Assembly (NCBI RefSeq): GCF_004010195.1
Contig: NC_057719.1
Coordinates: 55,159,077-55,223,076, forward strand
Direction: 5' to 3'
Source of the DNA: Chiloscyllium plagiosum
Taxonomy: Eukaryota
DNA: 64,000 nucleotides
Each line of letters starts with the position of its first letter. The first letter of the stretch is position 1. Of the stretch, positions 11,928 to 24,000 are shown in pieces. Under the pieces are notes generated by a model, which was not told the origin of the DNA, did not search any database, and saw only the letters and a program-made list of their open reading frames with translations. The position numbers and the translations under genes were made by a program.

Positions 11928-14508
11928 CGAAAAGCAAGTACATCCAGCAGTCCCATGGAGACTGTACCATACAATGTATTGCTTTAGACCTCAATTAGTG
12001 GGGACATTTACATATCTTCCCATGAGACAATGCTGTCTTATCTATGTGCATTCAGAGTCAGCCTTCTGAGCTTTATGAATTTTGTCCAAATTCAAATGGT
12101 TTCAGGGAGGAATTTTGTCAACAAAGAAATATATAATTCAATATCCTCAATGAAGTCGATGTCATTCTGTCTGGCTTGTCCAGCAGGATTGTGGAACAAA
12201 GTATGAATCCTGGTCTGGAGTTTGCCTTGGAAATATTCTCTGTTGAAATCAAACCATATAAGATGCAATCAAACTCAGAGTGGCATCTTTGCCAGCAACT
12301 TGGTGTTAAGGCGGCCAACCAATTGCTTATCATCTGTCCGCATTGTAAACTTGAGGTCAAGGCCATGGACTAAGAACATTTGTCTGGCCCAGGTGATTGC
12401 CAGGATCTGTTTCTTGATGACCACATGTCTCTGCTTTCTGTGATTTGGAGGCATAGTATAGACTGGTTTTTGGGAGCTATCAGATTGGTTCTGGAACAAA
12501 ATAACTCCTCAGCCAAGAGATGATGTGTTGGTTGGAAAAGCATTGCACAGGTTCAAGTTATAATATGCTGGAGTTTGCACAGGCATAATGAGATTAAAAC
12601 ATCCTTGTACAAGTCTGATCCAATTTGAGGAGTTAACATATAATTCATTGACGTTTATTCAGTTGGTTAAAAACGTATAACTGGTTAACCATTTCCATGA
12701 AGAGCTAGATATCATTGACTGACTAGAGCATGAGAAAATTCTTGAAAACCTCTGTTAATTTTGGTGATCCACCTTGAGCCTAGATGCATTGACAATGAGA
12801 TCCAGGAAGTTCATGATAGGCTTGGAAACTACAAACTTATGGCTGACTGTTCCAAACAAGACTTGGAGATGATCCAGCATCGCCTGGTTTGACAACACAA
12901 GGTTTTCCAGTATTCAGCTTGGGTTAAGCTTCCCAAGGAGCCCAGGAGCTCAGACTGGAGAAAGAGGATCTGCATCGCATTTGTTCTTCTAGTTATCAGC
13001 TGTGAAATTCTGGTCAAGATTACAGGCTCCAATTACTGCATTGGATGTTGTCTCACATGTACTCTTCAGAGCCAATGGCTTTTCACATTCCTGCTTTCAT
13101 TACTTTCAAGACCTTCTGTGAACAGTTTGCTAAGCACTGTCATTACGTTGAAATATCACAACTGGGTTGTGGATGCTTTTGAAAGCTGAAGGTTGTAAAC
13201 AATGCAAACTGATGGATGTTTATTGATTATTTATACAATTGCCAAAGGCATGTGTTAGCAGAACACCCAAATGAATCTTCTTCGCTGAGGTGCCAATTCC
13301 ACATGATTTGACCTTAGCAATGATGCACTCTTGCTATTAGTATAGAATTAACTCCTTATACTGCAGCTTTTACCAACTGACCAGCCACTTGGAATCAAGC
13401 AAGATGTTGTCTAAGGCAGTTGAACTTTAAGGGTTAAGATGAAGCCTTTGTACAGTTCCATCCACTGAAATATATCAGACTGCCTATGGGAAGAGATGAG
13501 CAGTGCTGTGTTGATCTGCTAGAATTTTATCTTTACAATTAACATGCATGTAACTCAGGTTAGCCTGGTATCTCTTAAGAGATACTCATGTCTTCCATCA
13601 ATGCTCTGGAGTTATCTAAGCATATTCTACTTAAACTTGCTGTTTTTCTACTGTGTGAGATGTCTGTACACTGAAACTCATGGAATCATAGAGATGTACA
13701 GCACGGAAACAGACCCTTTGGTCCAACTAGTCCATGTTGACTCGAGATCCCAACTTAATCTAGTCCCACTTGCCAGCACTTGGCCCCTGTCCCTCTAAAC
13801 CCTTCCTATTCATACACGAATCCAGATGCCTTTTAAATGTTGCAGTTGTGCAAGCCTCTGCCACTTCCTCTGGCAGCTCATTCCATACATGCACCACCCT
13901 CTGTGTGAAAACGTTGCCCGTTAGGTCTCTTTTATATCTTTCCCTTCTCATTCTAAGACTATGTCTTCGAGTTCTGGACTCCACCACCCCAGGGAAAAAA
14001 CCTCATCTATTTATTCAATCCATGCCCCCCAAGATTTTATAAACCCCTATAAGGTCACGCCTCAGCCTTGACACTCCAGGGAAAACAGCCACAGCCTGTT
14101 CAACCTCTCCCAAGAGCACAAATCCTCCAACCCTGGCAACATCCTTGTACATCTTTACTGAACCTTTTCAAGTTTCACAACATCCTTCTGATAGGAAGGA
14201 AACCAGAATTGCATGCAATATTCCAAAAGTGACCTAACCAACGTCCTGTGCAGCTATAATATTACCTCCCCACTCCTGTACTCAATACTCCAACCAATAA
14301 AGGAAAGCATACCAAACCTTCTTCACTATCCTATCTACGTGTGACTCTACTTTCAAGGAGAAATGAACAGACACTCCAAGATCTCTTTGTTCAGCAACAC
14401 TCCCTAAGACCTTACCATTAAGTGGATAAGTCCTGCTAAGATTTCCTTTCCCAAAATGCAGCACTGCACATTTATCTGAATTAAACTCCATCTACCATTC
14501 CTCAGCCC

Positions 14509-14578
14509 ATTGGCCCATCTGATCAAGATCCCATTGTAATCTGATTGGCCCATCTGATCAAGATCCCATTGTAATCTG
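14509..14578. repeat. 35-bp perfect tandem duplication inside CR1 RT
   Basis: ATTGGCCCATCTGATCAAGATCCCATTGTAATCTG twice. Confidence 0.95.
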
Positions 14579-15078
14579 AGGTAACCCTCTTCACTGTCCA
14601 TTGCAATTCCAATTTTCATGTCATCTGCAAACTTACTAACTATACTCCTATGTTCATATCCAAAACATTTATATAAATGACAAGAAGTATTGGACTCAGC
14701 ACCAATCCTTGTGGCACTCCACTGGTCATAGGCCTCCAGTCTTTAAAACAACCATCCACCACCAACCTCTGTCTTCCACCTTCGAGCCAGTTTTATATCT
14801 AAATGGCTAGTTCTCCCTGTATTCCGTGAGATCTAACCTTGCTAACCAGTCTCCCATGGGGAACCTTGTCGAACGCTTTACTGAAGTCCATATAGATCAC
14901 ATCTACCGCTCTGCTCTCATCAATCCTCTTTATTACTTTTTCAAAAAACTCAATCAAGTTTGTGAGACGTGATTTCCCACACACAAAGCCATGTTGAATA
15001 TTATTAATCAGTTCTTGCTTTTCCAAATACATGTATATCTTTTCCCTCAGGATCCCCTCTAACAACTTGCCCACCACC

Positions 15079-15172
15079 ATTCCTGATGAGGGGCTTTTGC
15101 CTGAAATATCGATTTTCCTGCTCCTTGGTTGCTGCCTGACCTGCTGTGCTTTTCCAGCACCACTCTAATTCC

Positions 15173-15203
<31 letters not shown>
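15079..15203 (+). mobile_element. Short PLE terminal-repeat fragment plus a poly-C tract, nested in CR1
   Basis: CCTGATGAGGGGCTTTTGCCTGAAATATCG...GCTGCCTGACCTGCTGTGCTTTTCCAGCAC, followed by about 30 C. Confidence 0.75.
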
Positions 15204-15204
<1 letters not shown>

Positions 15205-16445
15205 TTGACCACCAACGTCAGGCTCACTGGCCTATGGTTCCCTGGCTTGTCCTTACCACCCTTCTTAAATAGTGCTACCACGTTAGCCAACCCCCAGAAT
15301 TCTGGCACCTCACCTATCAATGAGTGACTATCAATGATACAAGTATCTCAGCAAGGAGCCCAGCAAACACTTCCCTAATTTCCCACAGAGTTCTAGGGTA
15401 CACCTGATCGGGTTCTGGGGATTTATTCATGTTTATGCATTTCAAGACATCCAGCACTTCCTCCTCTGTAATATGGACATTTTTCAAGATGTCATCATCT
15501 ATTTCCCCACATTCTATATCTTCCATATCCTTCTCCACAGTAACTACTGATGCAAATTACTCATTTAGTATCTCTCCCATCTCCTGCAGTTCCACACAAA
15601 GGCCGCCTTGCTGATCTTTGAGGGGCCCTATTCTCTGCCTACTTATCCCTTTGTCCTTAATGTATTTGTAAAAACTCTTTGGATTCTCCTTAACCTTATT
15701 TGCCAAAGCTATCTCATGTCTCCTTTTTGCCCTCCTGATTTCTCTCCTAAGTATACTCTTACTGCCTTCATACTCTTCTAAGGATTCACTCGATCACTCC
15801 TGTCTATTCGTGACATAAGCTTCCTTATTTTTAGTAAACAAACCCTCAATTTCTTTAGTCATCCAGCATTCCCTATACCTACCAGCTTTTCCTTTCATCC
15901 TAACAGGAATATACTTTCTCTGGATTCTCGTTATCTCATTTCTGAAAGCATCCCATTTTCCACCCGTCCCTTTACCTGCGAACATCTGCCCCCAATCAGC
16001 TTTTGAAAGTTCTTGCCTAATGCCTCAAAATTAGCCTTCCTCCAATTTAGAACTTCATCTTTTAGATCTGCTCTATCCTTTTCGATCACTATTTTAAAAC
16101 TAATAGAATTATGGTCGCTCGTCCCAAAGTGCTCCACCACTGACAACTCAGTCACCTGCCCTGCCTTATTTCCCAAGAGTAGGTCAGGTTTTGCACCTTC
16201 TCTAGTAGGTACATCCACATACTGAATCAGAAAATTTTCTTGTACACTCTTAACAAATTCTTCTCCATCTAAATCCTTAACACTATGGCAGTCCCAGTCT
16301 ATATTTGGAAAGTTAAAATCCCCTACCTTAACCACCCTATTATTCTTACAGATAACTGAGATCCCCATACAAATTTGTTTCTCAATTTCCTTCTGATTAT
16401 TAGGGGGTCTATAATATAACCCCAATAAGGTCATCAACCCTTTCT

Positions 16446-16509
16446 GATGGACGGGTTAGACCGAAGGGTCTGTTTCCATGCTGTACATCTCTATGACTCT
16501 ATGACTCTA
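16446..16509 (+). mobile_element. Short CR1 3' tail inserted antisense in the long CR1
   Basis: GGACGGGTTAGACCGAAGGGTCTGTTTCCATGCTGTACATCTCTATGACTCTATGACTCT. Confidence 0.85.
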
Positions 16510-19500
16510 AGTAACATCCCTGGATGGATTTCCAGGAATATCCGCCCTCAGTACAGTTGTAATGCCATCCCTAATCAATAACACCACTCCCCCTTCTCTC
16601 TTGCTTCCCTTTCTATCCTTAAATATTTGTATCTTGGGACATTAAGCTGCCAGTCCTGTCCCTCCCTGAGCCATGTTTCTGTAATTGCTGTGATGTTCCT
16701 AACCATGCCCTGCATTCATCTGCCTTCCCTGTTAGGCCTCTTGCATTGAAGTAAATGCAGTTTAATTTATTAGTCCTACTTTATTCTCTGTTTTGTTCCT
16801 GCCTGCCCTGAATGTTTGACTCACTTCTTTTCTCAACTATACCAGTCTCAGATTGATCTCTTTCCTCACAATGTCCCCAGGTCCCAGCACCCCCTTCCCC
16901 TTACTAGTTTAAATCCTCCCGAGCAGCTCTAGCAAATTTCCCTGCCTGTATATTAGTCCCCTTCCAATTCATGAGCAATCCATCCTTCTTGTACAGGTCA
17001 CTTCTATCCCAGAAGAGATTCCAATGATCCAAAAATGTGAATCATTCTCCTATACACCAGCTCCTCAGCTGCACATTGATCTGCTCTATCCTCCTATCCC
17101 TACCCTCACTAGCTTGTAGCACCGGGAGTTAATCCAGATATTGCTAACCTTGAGGACCTCCTTTTTAAAGTCCTGCCCAACTTTCTATATTCCCCCTTCA
17201 GAATCTAATCCTTTTCCCTTCCTACATCTTTGGTACCAATGTGTACAATGACCTCCTATTGGCCCCTCTCCCCTTTGAGAACATTCTGCACCTTCTCTAT
17301 GACATCCTTGATTCTGGCAACAAGGAGGCAAAACACTATTCTGATTTTTCGCTGCTGGCTGCAGAAACGTCGGTCTGTGCCTCTGACTAGAGAGCCCCTA
17401 CCACACCGGTCGCTTGGAACTTGACATACTCCTCATTACATCAGAGCCTGTTTTGATATGAGTAACTTGGCTGTTTGTGCTACATTCCCCTGTAAGACCA
17501 TTATCCCTTTTATTTACCACAACAGCCTACTTGTTTGAAATGGGGATAGCCACAGAAGAATCCTGCCTACCTGCCTACGTTTTCTACCTTTCATGGAGTT
17601 AACTCATCTAACTGACTATATCTGTGACATTTCCCCCTTCCTATAACTGCCATCCATCACACCTGCTAGCTCTTGTAAATTCCTCATTGCCTCTAACTGT
17701 CACTTCATCTGATCCATTCGATCTGACAGGATTCACAACCAATGACATTTGTTGCAGAAATAATCCTCAGTAACCTGTAAACTCCCTTGAAACTCCCACA
17801 TCCGACAAGAAGAGCATATCTCTCTATTAAAGGCCATTTTGCTCCTTCCAATCTACAGACCCAGAAAATAGCACCATCTGATTGCTCTACAAAACACTGC
17901 TCCAGGCTAACTTAATAATTATAGCTTATATTTTTAAAATTTAATCAAGAGGCAGATCCCAATGAGAAAAATATAATCAAGAAAGAACCCACTCTACTCA
18001 CTCTTATAGATTTATAGCAAGGCTATACTTAAAACTATTCACTTATCTGTTTCTGTGCTGTGACCTCTCCCAAACAGGTCCCTCCAAGATCAGTTGTGAA
18101 TTTCACTGTTTGTTAGGTTTTCCGAGACACACTCCAATGTCCAATGATACATGAATTCAAACAGCAAATGCAGTAACTACGCAGATTCACTGCTGTGTCA
18201 GTTAGCAGTCTGGGTTTCTTTCTGTCTCTCTCCCTTACAGAATCATGTGCTCACTGCCTTTTTCTGTCTTTCTCCCTTTGTGACTTACTTTCTCCAAAGT
18301 TCCAAAACAATGCAACAGCATTTGAAACTGTAATTGCTGCTCCTGGAATTCGAGGAAATCACCTCCAACACCTAAAATACCTCAAAAAAGGAGCAGCTGT
18401 TACAGCAATAAATGTATCCCTGCAGTATACCTCTTTAATTCAACTTCCACATGTCATCCTTCACTACTTAATATTAGTAAGCTTTAGACTAATGCTCCCA
18501 AATTGATGGCAACTAATCTACCCAAAGAAGATCGAAGCAAAACAAGGTATTGGTTGCAGACTTCCCTTACAACACAGATGACGTCCATCCCCATGTTTGT
18601 TAAAACCAGGAAAGTATGAGTTTGGTGTGGTTTGGCTTCAGGTTTGTTTTTCTTTTCATTTTTGATTTTGATCTGACCATAACTCACCCTTGGGGGTTAA
18701 AATTATCCTTCTTAACTCTCCTTTATATCTTTGTGGAGAGAGAAACATTTAAAAATAAAATTGCAAAGCCTTACATATATTTATGGATGGAGTCCAGTAT
18801 ATTATTTCAGCTTGCAACATATTTTGACTACAATGCAATTCTTGTACATTCTATAGATTTTTTTCACATCATCTTGAATTTAAAACAGTGCTCTGATTAC
18901 ATTGAGGATTTCTAGAACACATTGCGCTGTGCAGTACAATCTGGTTACAATGACATTACGGCTCCTGAGCTTTATGGGATGATAATGCTGAGAGTTGCAA
19001 GCTGAAAGTGTGCACAATAAAACAGGACAATATTATTACACAACATCTAGCAGAGAATTTCGCAGGGAGATTTTTCAACAACAACAACAAAAACTTACTT
19101 TTGTATACTAAATACCAAACTTTGTAGACAAGATATATTTAATTTTATTTCTGTCATCAAGAAGAAAATAATTTTACAATTTTTTTTCCCATTTCAGCTA
19201 TGAGTTTTAAATTAACTGAGCATATCATCATGCAGTGGTTTAAAGGCCAGATTAATTGGAATTTTGTGATTTGAAAAGTGGGTCAGAGTGAGCAGTGGGA
19301 TTAGCAGATACTGCAACATTTTTTTTTGCATTATATAACTCAAAGGCAAATCATTTAGACACTGATTATGCATTCCAAATATTAACTTAGTGTTTGACAG
19401 TCAGACTTCTGTGAGTTGTAAGGTTGAAAACAAGCTGTGGAGCCCCTGTAAATCTTTCTGCAAATGTTCATTGATTGGTCTTTAATATCGGCCTTGAAGC

Positions 19501-21205
19501 TGGAAATACATCTGCTAACCATAGCACAAAAAGACCACAAGAGATTTCAATATGAGATGAATCTGTTTTCTATCAACAGAAACAGACATCTCCTGCTCCA
19601 CATTGGAAGGAGCCATTTTGTGCTTAATTACCTCATGATTATGCTCATCATATTTGAACAAGACAGAACAGTAGTACACTGTAATGTTAGAACACTAATA
19701 CCGAGCGCCTCAGAACAGATAATTTGCAGCTGCTTGCTTAGTTCTTGACTCAAGCCAATTTGTCCTGCAGGGCACAAACTAGGAACTTCACTGGCACCCT
19801 ATCAAGAGATAACTTTGTGAAGAAGTCGTTTGAGGTAATAGTTCTGAAAAGGTCAATGTTGGAGATTACATTAAGCTCAAGCCAATCTGATAACATCATT
19901 CAGTTCTGGGTGGAAAATCGAGGAACCTATCTCAAAATTCCAGTGGCATCCTTGACTCTGACAGTCTTAGCAATTATGTTTAATTGGACAATTTAATTTA
20001 CATCTATTACTGTCATGCAATAAATTATGTTTTGATGTTAAGAAAAGTGGCTTTGACTCAGTTACGTTTTATCCTCAGTTTCACTCATTTTATTATTATT
20101 TATCAGTAATAAGAATTGGATTGACCTTTGGACCTATCAGAAATTCCTCAAAGTTAGTCTGTACAGTCTGACAAACCAGATACACCAACAGTTGACTTGT
20201 CCCTCCAATCCCAATACCCAAGATTACAGCACTTTCCTCTGCTCTTTCAGCATATTGGAGTATCTACATCCATGTCAATTCCCAGACTGCAGCACCACCT
20301 CCTCTTTTCCCACACCCTCTGTCCTGTTCCATAATTGCAGCAATCTTTTCCCCTTCTTAACGACAGTTTTATCCACGCTGAGCAGTTTACTAGCTCCAGT
20401 ACTGACTGCTCTGAGTGGTTTTCTCCAGTGTTAGTATTGAGGGGGTAAGCTGGAACCAAAAGTGCTAGTGGAAGGTTGGGGGTCTATTCTTTCAATGGCT
20501 GGCCGAACCAGGTTTTTTTTCCATCTTTTCCAGATATGTTTGGAATTGAAAAGCGTTGGCTGTACTAATTGGTTTATTTTTTAGTACCTAGATTGACTAT
20601 TCAGCCCAAATTCTCTAATTGGCTAACTTGGGACTCCCATAACAAACTCAGTTTGAACCATTCCAGAAGGAAGCAAATTCTCATTTGGAGTTCATTTGAT
20701 TACAAATACTTCACATTTTATGCATTGTTAAAAATTGCTGAGAGAAAAATAAAGTTGGTGACTTTAATAACACAAAATCTTTTGCAAAGAATTGAAGATA
20801 GTGGTGGAAACTTTGAGAGCTTGCTACTGTGGGTCAATGGTTACTTAACACAAATGTCCCAATCTTCAACTAGGACTAGCAAACTAAATTCTATTCATGT
20901 GAAGAAGTACAAATTGTTCAACAGACAGATTCAGTATAAAGCCTCAACAATGATTACTGCAAGCTGGACTGTTCAAAAGCTGATGGTCCCATGTTCTATA
21001 TCCTAGTTACTTACTCCTTAGCATATCTCCCTCTGCAGTGATATCAAAAGAGTCACCATGTGGATTTTTATTTTCACCCCATACTGCTAATGCTTTGAGC
21101 AAACGAGAGAGAAAAAATGGAAGTGAATTTGGGGAAAGATTCAAAGGGTCAGTGCAAAACAGATGGAGAGTGGGAGACAAAGTGGAAAAACAGGTAGAGA
21201 AGGAC

Positions 21206-21276
21206 AGAGCGGGAAGAGGAGTATAGTCAGAGAGTGGGAAGAGGTGTATAGTCAGAGAGTGGGAAGAGGTTGTATA
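21206..21276. repeat. 25-bp minisatellite, about 2.8 copies
   Basis: GTATAGTCAGAGAGTGGGAAGAGGT at 21221-21245 and 21246-21270, plus partial flanking copies. Confidence 0.9.
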
Positions 21277-22734
21277 AAGTGTATAAACTGTTTAAATTAG
21301 GTGTAGTTTGAGATCTCAGGTACTTATGAAGAGAACAGAGCCAGAAGATTTCACCATTTTGAGCAAACATGCTAAACTTTACAATACAGTGTTAGAAAAA
21401 CAAAACATTCAGGTTTAAGATAAAGTAAATATGGGTTAGCAGACAAACAATGATCAAACATCCCATAGAACTCATCAAATAAGACCGACCCCATGGATTT
21501 CTCCACACCCAACCCAGGTGAAATGGTTTCTAGTGCAGCATGGCAGAACCGTGGTGTATGCTTTCGGACCTGTGGTTTCAATACTATGAGCATTTTCTAT
21601 TTAATCACTCTTCCTATATTGTTCCCACACTGATGTAGCCAACTTTCAGCTCTCCACTATGAATTGCAGGTTTTCTTTAAGTAGAGCAAACGAGCTTCAA
21701 GTGGTGTTAGTCTGATCCTTGGTGTCCTGCTATGCATGCAGCCAGTCAACAATTCATTTCGCATTAATTGCATACTACATTCATGACAATAATCAGGCAG
21801 TCTCAAGTTGTGAGCTGCCTGCATCAGGAGGAATAAGGCTGACAGCATTGTACTTCAATTTGTTTTGATGTGTCCTCTCTCAAAACATCAAGAGCTGGTG
21901 TTTTTTTCCATTTGAAAACTGAAAATTGAGAAAAGTCTCTCAAACATCATGCAGCCAATTTCAAAGCTGGCTTAATTTGTTCAATACTTGGTGTGTTAAA
22001 AATTGGTTCAAAGCTCACCAGAGTGGTAAAGTATGCTATGTGTAAAATGCCCTGGTTCAGCTCATTTGCTTAATTATTCAGCTCCAAGTATGTGTTTGGG
22101 CAGGTACAGGGAGCAGCGTGACAAGAGAATTGTTTCTAGGAGAAATTGAAAGTGATGTGGATAATTAAAATAGTAACAGTATAGAGATGGAAATCCTTGC
22201 AGAATTTGAAAAGGGTGATAAGCCTTTCAGGCCATTAGCAGCTGTTGCCAAGGGATAGGAAGAAAATTTATTCGGGACCTTCCATGACTGCAGGATGTCC
22301 CAAAATAATTACTTGTCAATTAAACATTCTAAAGGCATAGGCTGCAGGCAATTAATGGGATAACCCTGTTTTAATGGCTACATGCAGTGATTTCATTGTA
22401 TTACTCCACTGTATAATGTTCAAAGATGAACATTGTCGAAGTAGATGGAGGGAAGTGAAAGTTCAATGTACACTTACTTGCAAACATCATTGCAGAGGCA
22501 AGCAATTGGACCATGCTGGGTGTTGTGCAGTAGCACATGCAACATTACATACATTAATTGGAAAACCTTCCAACAAATCATATGGTCTCACAGACAGTCA
22601 GGTCTTTGCAAAGTGCATTTGTTCATATTGGGTTAGTTTCCAACAACAACTCACATTCATCACACACCCTGAATGCAGTAAAATATCCCAAGATGGTTTG
22701 TGGAAGTTGGCCCCAGAATATGTTCCCAACATCA

Positions 22735-22835
22735 GATAACAAACACAGAGAATTTGCAGAAACTCAGCTGGTCCCTCAGCATCGAGAGAGAGAGAAACTG
22801 TTTCAAGTCCGGTATGACTTCTTCAGAGCTCAGAG
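22735..22835 (-). mobile_element. Decayed PLE tail
   Basis: Minus strand CTGAAGAAGTCATACCGGACTTGAAAC...CTGAGTTTCTGCAAATTCTCTGTGTTT. Confidence 0.55.
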
Positions 22836-23759
22836 AACTAGTTCTGAGAGAGGGAAGGCAGAAAGAAAAATGGTGAGAAAGAGAGAGAAGGAAGTAAGAG
22901 GGAAAGAATTAAGGGGATAAGAGTTTGGGAGAGGGAATGTCCAGAGCGGGAAGAGGGAAAGCAGGCTGACAAATGAGGAAACTCCAGGCCAAAAGTCAAC
23001 TTAATAACGATCCCCATATTTGTGTGAGTTCTGATGAGACCAGCTCAAAGTGGACCCTGCCAGAGGCAACTCACAGTTAATTAAATCTGCCTCATGAGCT
23101 TGGCCTTTGCCTTCCCTGATGATCATGAGTTTGAGCTTAACAAAGAAGACAAAATAAACTATGTTATTAGATTGGCACTTTTTAATAATCATTTAATGCA
23201 TTGATTTGATTTATTTTACATTTGAAACTCTTGTTTACTATTGTGGAAAACATTACCTTTCTGAAGTTTGCTCATTGGCCCCTTCCAAGGTAAGTAAAAA
23301 TTGAAAATTGAAAATGTGCTCCCTCTCCATCACATGAACTCCTGACCTATATGATTCTTTATATGTGTCACACACAAACTGTACATTTAGACAGTCAAAG
23401 TCATTCCGAGGGAAGTAATTGTGCAGTAAGTTTCTGGCTTAGCCCGAATTCAACATGGACTTTTACTAACCACAAGACTAGTTGAACCCTAGCCTAGTGC
23501 TGCCTTGCTCTAATGTCAAATTAATGAACTCTTTAGCAATCTTGGAAAATATGCCAGTCACCAAGTGAAAAGTTGCATTCTGGTTGATATTATGAAGATT
23601 TTCCATTTCTGTCTGACAAAAATCTGTGCCTTCGAAGAAAAGGATTGTTCTCACCTTCATGTTGAGAGTGTGACAGTAAACCACGTCTTAAGGTCAAAGG
23701 CTCTGGCTTACGCATTCTGGTGGAAGTGACTTTTGGACAGTATGATCAATTTTAATCAT

Positions 23760-24000
23760 CCACCAGGAAGGGCAGGAGCACCAGAGACATGGGAACCCGG
23801 CCACTCTGAACTGGAATTACATCATCATTGCTTCACTGTAACTACAATTCCCTTGCAGCAACACTATGGGTATCCCCATACTTCAAAGACTGCAGCAGTT
23901 CAAGACAATGGTTCAGCACCACCATCCCAAGGACTATTTGGAATAGGCAATAAATCATGGTCTTGTCAGCAACACTTGTATCCTGCAAATGAAAATAAAT
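23760..24000 (+). mobile_element. LINE-B 3' tail, decayed
   Basis: GACTGCAGCAGTTCAAGACAATGGTTCAGCACCACC...GGCAATAAAT is the reverse of the LINE-B tail. Confidence 0.7.

Larger units (their letters stand above)
9000..13540 (-). mobile_element. Highly decayed Ty3/Gypsy pol (RT-RNaseH-integrase) with nested insertions
   Basis: ORF 12275-12499 IKKQILAITWA...LKFTMRTDDKQLV..LNTKLLAKMP resembles RNaseH (EKEALAITWA/TDHKPL); ORF 9866-10207 ends DLIIFSKIFLIIADSYPQW (integrase); about 9640-9690 reads EAE.GVRTLKALLKN on the minus strand across a frameshift. The domain order fits Gypsy. Confidence 0.75.
13678..18406 (-). mobile_element. Near full-length, disabled CR1 LINE (5'UTR, ORF1, EN-RT ORF2, 3' tail)
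   Basis: EN: LYYRPPN..VGDFNFPNIDW..PTREGAKPDLLL..GTSDHNSISF (15931-16437). RT: QHGFVCGKSRLTNLIEFF..IYMDFSKAFDKVPH (14799-15080) and SKFADD near 14620-14638. ORF1 esterase-like VIVHIGT near 17232-17252. Multiple stops and frameshifts. Confidence 0.93.

Noticed and set aside
23255..23296. Consensus splice donor CCAAG|GTAAGT (similar at about 26424-26434)
   Set aside because: No convincing matching acceptor or reading frame; expected by chance.
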